From the NCBI GenBank assembly GCA_037379345.1, contig CM074521.1, positions 35,178,704-35,242,703 of the forward strand: 64,000 nucleotides of DNA. Direction: 5' to 3'. Numbering within the stretch: the first letter of the stretch is position 1; each line of letters begins with the position of its first letter. This DNA comes from Perna viridis (Eukaryota). Shown here one piece after another: positions 54,775 to 64,000 of this stretch. The position numbers and the translations under genes were made by a program. The notes beneath the pieces were generated by a model. That model was not told the origin of the DNA and did no database searches. It saw only the letters and a list, made by a program, of their open reading frames with translations.

Positions 54775-55068
54775 AGTAATCAATGGAACCAAGGTTATAG
54801 CGGTAATCAAAAGAATGTAATCCAGGGACAAAGACCAGACATGAAAAACAGACATACACAACAAAGAACATAAAGTAACTAAAATCATACATACAAAGTA
54901 ACAAAAGCAAATGAGCAACTCGGACTGCACTAAAAACTGGGAGCATGGACCAGGTGCACCGGTAGGGTAAGCGTCCTCTGCTTTTCTAGAAACACCCGCC
55001 GAGTTGCTCATAAAAAGTCAAGTCCGGGGTAGACAAACGAGGAAAGGAAAACTATGACCCATTGAATC
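54775..55068 (-). mobile_element. Naiad-type PLE 3' tail (5'-truncated just before the RT stop codon)
   Basis: Near-identical reverse complement of 47605-47895. Confidence 0.93.
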
Positions 55069-56514
55069 TCCCGTGACGTATCTTCAAAAGCAACGAAGCC
55101 GTCCCTTCCACTGTGCATGAATACGACAGAATCGTCAGTTAAGTTGCATTTTGTGCGGAATTTATGAAAACTTTCCACTTCGTACAAGAACTGTAAAAAT
55201 ACCGCTGTGAGGAGGCCCGAGACAATAATTATGAACGAGGCAGAGGTCATTCCTGTGTCTTTCAAGATAAAAATAAGGCATGTAGCGAGAGGTTTTACTT
55301 TTTTTGTATTAAAAAAGAAGTAGGTATTGAAATCTAAGATGGTGGCCTGTTTCCCTTTTAGTGTATGGCCATGGAAGGTAAAATGTAAAAAAATAGTTAA
55401 ACAGCATTTTAGTACAATTAATACAACTCACGATCTCAAGTCCCTGTGGTTTAACCTACAGGACATCAAGCGATAAAAAACCTAATTTTGTGTTGAATAC
55501 TTTGAAAACATTTGTAATGAAGACAGTTATCAAAGTGACCAGCCATTTTGAATTAGGTCACTAATTTTACGGAATACAATATATGTTTAACAAAACGGAC
55601 ATGAAGTTGGTAACGGCAATTCGTTGGTTAATTTTGCTCTCCCATGGATGGTCACTTAAGACAGGTTTGTCGAGGAGTATTGTTTCGTCGACTAATTAAG
55701 ATAGCGTCATTTTTTGTGTGTGTTTTGCAGACGCAAACTTTGAAGTAGAAAAAATACTAAATAATCATTAGTCATTGTATGTAGACATACGAGTTCATAT
55801 GAAAGCTCATAAACAAAATGTACACTGGTAATATGTGTATAAATGTTTTATGTTTCTTTACTTTAATCAATGTTTTTGTATTTGTTGTAAATTGTTGACA
55901 ACTTTTGGTATTGATTATGTAGGATACCAGTATTTTTTATATTATTTACTTATCTGTAGCATTGTTTATATGGAGATCAGTTTACTATTTATGATGCTCT
56001 AGTGTACAATCTGTTTAATATAATGTACAAAACCTGTGCTAGTTGTTAATATACATTATAGCGTTATTGCATTTACATGTATATATGTGAACATGTATAT
56101 AGACTGCATTGTGGTCGATGAGTGTGCGTTTCACATGGATATGTTTTGGGTAGATCAATATTTTTTTCTCGAGGAAGTGTATATTAAGCATGCTCACCAA
56201 CTACCCCGCTGATACATGTAACACGGAAGGATCTTAAGTCCTGATCATAGTGCATGAGCTTGCGAATTTTCACCAATATAAATGCAAAACCCTTTAATCA
56301 AGAATTTGTATATAGCATATATATGTAACTCCTTGCTTTAATCAAATATGATGATAAACTATATTATACTTTAAGATTATTATTTTTTAATTTTTTTTTC
56401 TCTGCCGGTCCATATAACTTTATATTATACTTCATATAAAATTCTACTGTTTTCATTGGTTTACAAAGATGAATTATTCTGGTATACCACCCTTCCACAG
56501 TAAGTTCAGGAGTG

Positions 56515-58489
56515 TGGTATACTACGACAATCAGCCACATGTTTTAATCGCTGCCAAGTTAGACGCAACAGAGCATCGCTGGTTGGCAGAACTGGCAGCT
56601 ATCAAATACAGACCCGGCAAACATAATGCTGATGCAGATGCACTTAGCCGACTATCCATTACCATATATTCAGTGAAAGACATTATAATGCAGCAATATC
56701 AGAAGCGTATGTGGAGATCTTTGTCACCAGATGTAGTCATAGAGGATTTAGTGTTGATTGGGCCAAAGTACAGTCAAGAGATCCAGATATTTATACCATT
56801 ATTAGTTATTTACAGGAGGATATTAAGCCCACAAGGTAGGATGTAGGACCTAACCCTGGTGTGTAAGCAGCTTGGTCACTTAAGATTGATAGATGGAATC
56901 CTTCACCGTGTGACCAAGATTGATGACGAGGATAAGTATCAGTTTGTATTACGCACCGAGTACGTTAATTATAAGACAGTGCTACAGACTCTCCATGATG
57001 ATATGGGACCCCCTGGTAAGGACAGAACAACGTCTTTAGTCAGAGATAGTTTTTATAGGCCAGGAATGCATAAAGGCATGAGACATAGATACAAGAATGT
57101 GGCAGGTGTATAAGAAGGAAGTCCTTTACCAACCAGAGAGCACCATTAGTTAACATCACTACTACTTCACCATTAGAAGTAGTAAGTATGGATTTTGTGA
57201 CTATGTAAAAATCTAAAGGAGGATATCAGCACATTTTAGTGATTGTAGACCACTTCACTAGATTTGTCATAACAACACGAAACCAGTTAACAAAGACAAC
57301 TGTTGAGACCTTCTACAATCATTTTATATTGCACTATGGTATTCCAGAAAGGATACACTCAGATCAAAGTGTCAATTCTGAAAGTAACATCATAAAAAAA
57401 TAGGAGCAATCATGGGAATGAAAAAGTCAAGGATAACACGCTGTCATATCACGGGTAATGTAATGACAGGACGATTCAATTGCACCTTACTGGAAATGTT
57501 AGGCTCACTGGAACCTGAAAACAGTCTTGCTGGAAGGCATCGGTAGGTCCACTTGTACACTGCTACAACTGCACGAGACATGAGACAAAGGTCAATCAAC
57601 ATACATGCTTATTTTTTGGGAGAAATCCCAAACTAAATGTAGATGCTGTGTTTGGTTTAAGAGAGTGTGACAAGGATATAAACACAAAGTATATTACAGA
57701 GCTACGAGATCGGATTACTCAAGCCCATTTCTTAGCAAAGGAAGCTGCAGATAAAGAAAGAGCCAGACAGAAGGAAGCTTATGAGGAACGGTACAGGAAG
57801 GCGACAGGGTGTTGGTCAAAGTTGTAGCATTCGAGTGTAAACACAAATTGGCTGATACTAGTAGATGGGTGCATGATTCCTGTGTTGTTGTTAAGCAGCC
57901 GAATGATGACATTCCTGTGTTTACAGTGAGAAAGGAAAATGGCACTGGACGTCTAAAGACATTACATAGAAATATCATGTTACCAGTGGGAATCATTCGG
58001 GATAAGCCAATGCCTGTTCCAAGGAAACCCCCAAAACAAATTTCTGCAACAAGAAAATTAAGGAAGACAAAGGAACCAGAGTATTATACCCATGCAGTAA
58101 TTCTGAAGAGGAATTGAAATGGAACAACAGTTTATCAGAAACAAGAACACAGTGACTCATCCATTACTAATTATCTTCATGTTCATAGTTCTGATGAAAA
58201 AGAGACAGAGATAGATGGGGACGCCAATTCTTCTAAAGGCGCGTGTGGAGGATAAAGGCACGCGTGGAGGATAAAGGCACGTGTGGAGAAAGTCGTTATC
58301 TCTGATAGAAGGGCTTCAGATGGGGAGATAGTTCAAGATCAAGACCTTAATAGTGCATCTCCTATAACGACAGATTCTGAAAATATGGAGTCCGTTCCTG
58401 AACTCCGCCACTCAACTAGACAGCGAAGACCGTCATCTAGGTTAACATGTAGGAGTGGAGAGTTTCTGATGTCTAGTACCATTATCTGA
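56515..58489 (+). mobile_element. Ty3/Gypsy LTR retrotransposon pol relic (RNase H end, integrase Zn-binding and core domains)
   Basis: AKLDATEHRWLAELA..IKYRPGKHNADADALSRL; LHDDMG.PGKDRTTSLVRDSFY.PGM; PLEVVSMDF; ILVIVDHFTRF; YGIPERIHSDQ; LHRNIMLP; many stops and frameshifts. Confidence 0.92.
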
Positions 58490-59660
58490 CTGGGTAATTT
58501 TACCTTGTAATTTCTCATAATTCATACATTTTACCCATATTCTTCCCGCTTCAAATATCAAGCACTGATGAATGACTAACTATTTGTCATATTTATTTTG
58601 TTGAATAACTTGAATAAACATCTTTATTAAAGAAAAACATTCTTACCCGAATTTCCATTCTCCATCTTGGGATGACCGTAACGGCCGTTATGGTCATCCG
58701 CTCTACCCCAGTGAAGTAACTCTAAAATAACGTCTTCAACCATGATTATCCACAGAAGATGTGACTTTATACAGTCATTTGCGTGGGTTTTTTTTATTGT
58801 ATTGTGTCTATAAATACAAAACTAGAATCCTAATAGATCGAATTGGAATTCTAATTTCTCCTGGGACAAAATTCGATTTCCAATTTGCCTTGGACTTTGT
58901 CCAGTGCAAATCAGAATTCTGAATTGTCCTTGAAGAAATTAGAATTCCGATTTAGTGTAAATTAGAATACTAATTTGTCGTTGGAGAATTTAGAATTTCG
59001 ATTTGCACTAGGGGGATTATGTATCCAACTGGCTTAAAATTTTCAAATATCAAAGATAAAGTATTTTATGTGCTGAGGATAATTTTCAGGTAAATTAAAA
59101 TTCATGTTTTTATACAGTTAGACAGTCAAATTAAAGTTTTGGTGTATTTCATTATCTAATTATCTCTTATGGTTCACCTTTGGATTTAATCCTTAGAACA
59201 TAGATCAAAAGTGTTGAGTGTTGTTCACACATTTACCTAAAATCACAACTATAAAACCGACATGTATGAAAACAATTTTGTTCTTCCAAAAATTATGTGA
59301 ATATGAAAGTCACCTGCCACAAAAACATGAAATAGAAAAGTTTGTTCTTTATATTAGTACGAAATACTAAACAATTCTATATTAAAGTGTTCGGACACAA
59401 TGTCATTCAAGACAGTTCTTCTGTCAGTTATATGCGAGAAGCTCAACGTCGCCGTCTTCGTTATGAAACAGAACCACCAAACACTACGCTGTTGGCGATA
59501 CTGTGGGTATTACAATTCACATTCTTCCTTGTAATATTCTTGACATCAATTATAGAGTATTTTTGAAAGATGGTTTATTGAAAAAAAAAACTAATACCCA
59601 GAGGATGACTTTTAAGACTTGAGGACAGTATGTTTCCCTAGGATTAGATGGTCTCAGTCT

Positions 59661-61420
59661 TCAATCAAATCAAATCAAAAAATCAAATAAGCTTTATTTT
59701 AAGTCGGCAAGTTCATTACAACAATACAACATTAGCTCTTGAGAGCTTTTATAACCGACATAAGGAAATAGCTATACAGTGCATGCATACATGTAACATA
59801 CACTGACAAAGCAATAAGACAAACAGTTATAATAAGACAGACACATACAGCACACCGACATAAATAGCAATTTTTAAAAAAAATTAAGCAAATCAAGTAA
59901 TGGAACAAAAAGCAAAATAGGCAGCCAACAAAACAAAATAAATAAAAGTAAAAAAAAATAAGGTTTCGGGGTCGCTGCTCCATGTATGGATTAACAGCCA
60001 CTACAAGCAACTCGAGAACATTTTTGTCCCTCCCTGCTTGAAATCCTGGCTTTGAATTAATTGAAGTTTGAGCACTGCCTAAAGTTTTCGGGCAGAGAAT
60101 TCCACAGGGCTGGAGCAGCGTACCTGAATGATTGTTTCCCATACCTTGTTGTTTTAACATGTGTTATCTGTAATATGTTGCTGTATCTGAAATTGTACGA
60201 ATGATTTTGTATCAAATCAGATAATACGGGTGGAGCCTGATCATATAATATTTTAAAAGTATCTAATCATAAGAGGAGTTATAATCAAAATAGACATATC
60301 GTAAAGCTCTTTCTTGTATTTTCTTTGTATTCGTCAATTAGCAAGAGTGCCAAGAAAGAGGGCAAAAATTAAAATTTGACCATATGAATGTGTGACAAAT
60401 AGTTAATCTACTTAATTTACACAGATTTCTGCCAATTCTTTTTAAAGTATTAAGTTGTTGTACAGCTTTCTTGCAGATAGATTTAATATGGTTGTCAAAG
60501 TTTAACATGAAATCAATATCTACACCTAAAAGTTGTACAGTATCTTCACAGGATATATTAATATCACCAATATTAAAAGTTGGTGCTCTATCTGCGGTCT
60601 TTCTTCCTACAGATATCGCTTTGAACTTTTCCGAGTTTGCTTGCATACAATTAAAATGGAACCATTCTATTATAATTCTGCTCTCTGATTCTAAAGTATT
60701 TACAAGTTCATTATAGTAATTAGAAGCATAAGATAATGTGTTATCGTCTGCATAATTATACACATTTCCTTTATCAATAAAGTGAAAAATATCATTGATA
60801 AATACATCAAAAAGTAAAGTTCAAATATTGAGCCTAGGGGTACGCCTTTATCAATATCTGCCCAATGGCTCACAATACCACCTATCTTTATTTGCTGTTT
60901 TCTATTAGAGAGGTATGACAACATTAAATTACAGGCTTCCCCAGACAGGCCATAGGAGGACAGTTTACAAATCAATATATCTTGGGGGAGTCAGTAAAAC
61001 GCTTTTGTTAGATCCATAAGAATGGAAGCCAAATATTTATTTTGTTCCAACGAAAGTTTTAAGTCTCCAAAAAGTTTAAGTAGAGTTGTTTGACAGCCAT
61101 GTCCTTTCCTGAATGCACAGAGAATTTGTCAAAAATATTTTCGAAAAATTCAGAAAGTTGCTCAGCCAGCACTTTTTCAAAAATTTTAGAAGGAATGGGA
61201 AGAACGCTGAAGGGCCTATAATTATTTCAGGAAAGGATCACTCTTGTTGATCGGTATAACCGGTGCCTCCTTTAACCTGTCTGGAAAAGAACAAGATTCC
61301 ATTGAAAAATTTATCATAGTAGTAATTGGTTTTACAAATGATGAGATACAACAATTGATCAATTTCACAGAAATTTTATCAACACCCGTATCCTTTCTTT
61401 TTTACCTAAAATGTATTTTA
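59661..61420 (-). mobile_element. 5'-truncated CR1/L2-group LINE relic (RT domain, 3' UTR, (GATTT)n tail)
   Basis: NYRPFSVLPIPSKIFEKVL, AFRKGHGCQTTLLKL, DLTKAF, GVPLGSI, YADDNTLSY, LLGVDIDFMLNFDNHI, NFCPLSWH; AATAAA then a gattt tail at 59661-59700. Confidence 0.93.
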
Positions 61421-61964
61421 AATTTTGGCTACTTTTTCTTCATTGGTGCATTTAAACTAGAAAAGGTTTTTTTTTCAAAATTTTGTTTTCAATTTTCTTC
61501 AAGCTAGTCTTGCATTAATAATCCCATAGACTTCTAAAGTGAAGTGTCCGTTTTTAGGATATAAAAAATATATGTAAATTGATTCAATAAAACTTTTATT
61601 TATGAGGACTTGTGAAAAATTAATTCCCGCAAAAATGTAGGGCGAGTCTACGAAGAACGGACAGAAAACTAGTCCTTTTCTCTACTTTCACTTTCATTTT
61701 GAACTCATCAAACCAACCTATTCAGAGGAAAATTTGTATGTTATAATGTTAATAGTGTTATGTTTACTCTATTTTATATGTCTTTGTTCTTATCTTTTGA
61801 CAAAACATTGAACTCTCGGCGGGACAAATTTGCCATTCCGGAAACGGCTAATTTGACATGTTTAAAGAAAAGTTAGTAGGATTTTTTTTGCTGATCATGT
61901 AGTACTTTAGTAGCCTAAGCATACATGACAGGCAATGAGATGAAAAAACTATCAAGAAAAAAGT

Positions 61965-62060
61965 AATGGAAAATCTGGAGTTCCTATGGGAAAAGCGCAC
62001 ATTTCCTATGGAAAATCTACATTTCCCATCGGAAGCATAGACTCTTCCCATGGGAAATCT
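61965..62060. repeat. Degenerate ~21-bp tandem repeat
   Basis: atggaaaatct...ttcc(t/c)atgg units. Confidence 0.6.
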
Positions 62061-62539
62061 GATAAGCTATATTAACCATTCTAAAAATCCATTTTTTCTA
62101 TAATGTCAAAATTACAAATAACATTTGATTTCTTTCGATAAATTTGTTTTAACCAAGGGCGGTAATTTTGTTGCGTTAAGCAAAGGGGAGATAATTTTGA
62201 TGAAATATTACACATCTTTTTTAAAATATCACAACTAGATTGTATCTTTAATAATTATACTGTTTTTAAAAAAAATCCATTAAACCATATCATGAGTTTT
62301 GAAAAAAAAATTAACAATTACAAGAATATTTTACAAGAAATTGAAACAAACAATTAGTTTAATGTGTATTATTTCTTCGAACAGAAGTATTACTGTTTAT
62401 GTAATATCTACAACAAAACAATTTGAATGGCATATCAAAAGGTATAACAATCACCACACGTACAAGTTTTTTCTTTCTCTCTTTTACAAAGTATGAGCTG
62501 TCAATAACAACTGAAATCCACTAGTGTATCTTTAAACAG

Positions 62540-63181
62540 GTCATGTCTTGTAACATAATGTGGTCTGAAATAATCACCAAAAGCTGCACATCATATTCTT
62601 TGCATCTAGATCTCCATGTAATTTATAGGAGCTGTTTACTGCATATTCTTTTGATAATCCTGAAAAGAAATTCTCTTTTATCACACATGTAAGTATAGTA
62701 TAAGATAGTATGTTGACTAAATAACAAAGAAGTAGGGAATCCACACTGATATAGCTCTCTGTACAAAAAATAATGAAATCACCAGGCTAATTATCATTCG
62801 ATTAAAAATACAGAAATAACATGACACACTGTATTATATATTACATTTACAAGGCTAATCCATAACGTTCCAACAGACATATTTTCTAGTATCTACACTA
62901 AGGCTGGTTATAACACTAAATAGATTGCCGTATTAGTTTTGCCTCACTTTTATGTGTTTATCATCCACACAAATTATACATGTGAAATTCAGTATGCTTA
63001 GAGTGAAAACCAATATTTCAGACAACAAAATATCAAATCATTAAATAGAACAACTATTTTGACAAACAAGTCAGAGATGAATGGAAAGTACTGAGTTTTA
63101 CAGTTAATTATCTTCTTACCCATGTTGAACATACCGGTACTACTGTTATGGCAACACTGGCTGCATTGTCTTTGGCATCAG
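62540..63181 (-). other. Possible pair of spliced exons (63181-63120 and one starting at 62659) of an unidentified transcript
   Basis: Good donor TGG|gtaaga at 63119 and good acceptor tttcttttcag at 62660. The joined frame ADAKDNAASVAITVVPVCSTW|DYQKNMQ* is unrecognised. Confidence 0.25.
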
Positions 63182-63595
63182 CTTTATAATACATCAGATT
63201 TCAAATTGATTTTCAAGTCTTTTTCATTTCAGTATTTATTATGTGGAAAACGTAGGAAACTTCTTAAAATCCATGTTATACACCTAAACAAGAAAAAAGG
63301 GAGTAAAATTGAAAATTACCAATACATGTGTAACAGTAAATATAAAGCATATTTTTAAGAGGAAATATAAACTGAGTGTGTAAGAAAGTAAATGGTCTGT
63401 GAATACAACTCACTACCTTATCAGATGAATACCTGTGACGTATACAATTTTATCGACAGTATCAAAGGTCCTGAACATTGTGTTATAAACACACGTTGTG
63501 TGTTGATCTTGAATACTGAACTATAAGACTAAAAATATTTACAAACACTGTTATAAGAAACTATACAAATTAGGAAGAACTTATTGTTTTTTTTG

Positions 63596-63774
63596 TTACT
63601 TCCGTGTGGGTGTAAAACACGGAGTTCTTTTATCCAAAATCCCCCCGCTTCACTCTCTGTAGATCGCTCCAGATTGTGTTTTGTTCCACGATGAAGATTT
63701 CCATTTTGTTGAAATCATCGAGGCAGTGGTTAGGTAATCTGAAGTGTTGACTCACTGGGAGTAAAGGTTTTTTT
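63596..63774 (-). mobile_element. Penelope-like GIY-YIG endonuclease C-terminal fragment
   Basis: KKPLLPVSQHFRLPNHCLDDFNKMEIFIVEQNTIWSDLQRVKR, a frameshift, then FWIKELRVLHPHG: the HF..H / RE..WI..L....P.G signature. Confidence 0.8.
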
Positions 63775-64000
63775 CATAAAACTATTTGAGCATAAAATTC
63801 ACGAAACTTCACGAGCATAAAACTCACAAAGTTCAAGATCAAAACAGATTCAGAAGCTGAATCGCGTAGGCTATGGGTGATTGTACCTTTATCAAAGGCT
63901 CACATAAGCAACTGATAAGGAGCCTGAATGAAAATAACAAAGGGGGTCTTTTTATCAAAATTAAAAGTAAAAAATTTGATCAAATCTCCTGTTTAAAAAG

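Noticed and set aside
54748-55011. Repeated small hydrophobic ORF MSNSAGVSRKAEDAYPTG (also 39445 and 47753)
   Set aside because: Lies in the PLE 3' UTR and is interrupted by an in-frame TAG in the 47660 copy; the similarity reflects repeat homology.
56217-56465. Possible LTR (TGTAA...TTACA) before the Gypsy pol relic
   Set aside because: No second LTR, PBS or TSD found, and gag/RT are missing between it and the RNase H remnant.

Overview
AT-rich eukaryotic DNA, most likely a bivalve mollusc (inferred from the repeat families and abundant TACATGTA motifs). The only well-supported host gene is a spliced class A GPCR on the minus strand. Its coding exons are 31677-30769 (N-terminus to TM6/ECL3), 27845-27722 (TM7 with NPIIY and helix 8) and 771-<1 (long Ser-rich C-tail running off the window). 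It has an atypical HKY in place of DRY and a ~27-kb last intron. The rest is repeats: Naiad-type Penelope-like retroelement (PLE) fragments and several copies of their structured 3' tail, a Penelope GIY-YIG remnant, a Ty3/Gypsy pol relic, a CR1-group LINE relic, a probable Harbinger relic, two full-length SINE-like insertions with 14-bp TSDs, CORE-type SINE relics, palindromic MITEs and several minisatellites. The most notable signals are: a multi-stem RNA element at the PLE 3' end whose core has been amplified into a satellite; a SINE family with a highly structured non-tRNA head; and a tandem triplication of the GPCR TM7-exon splice acceptor. All calls come from manual reading and translation; no searches were run.
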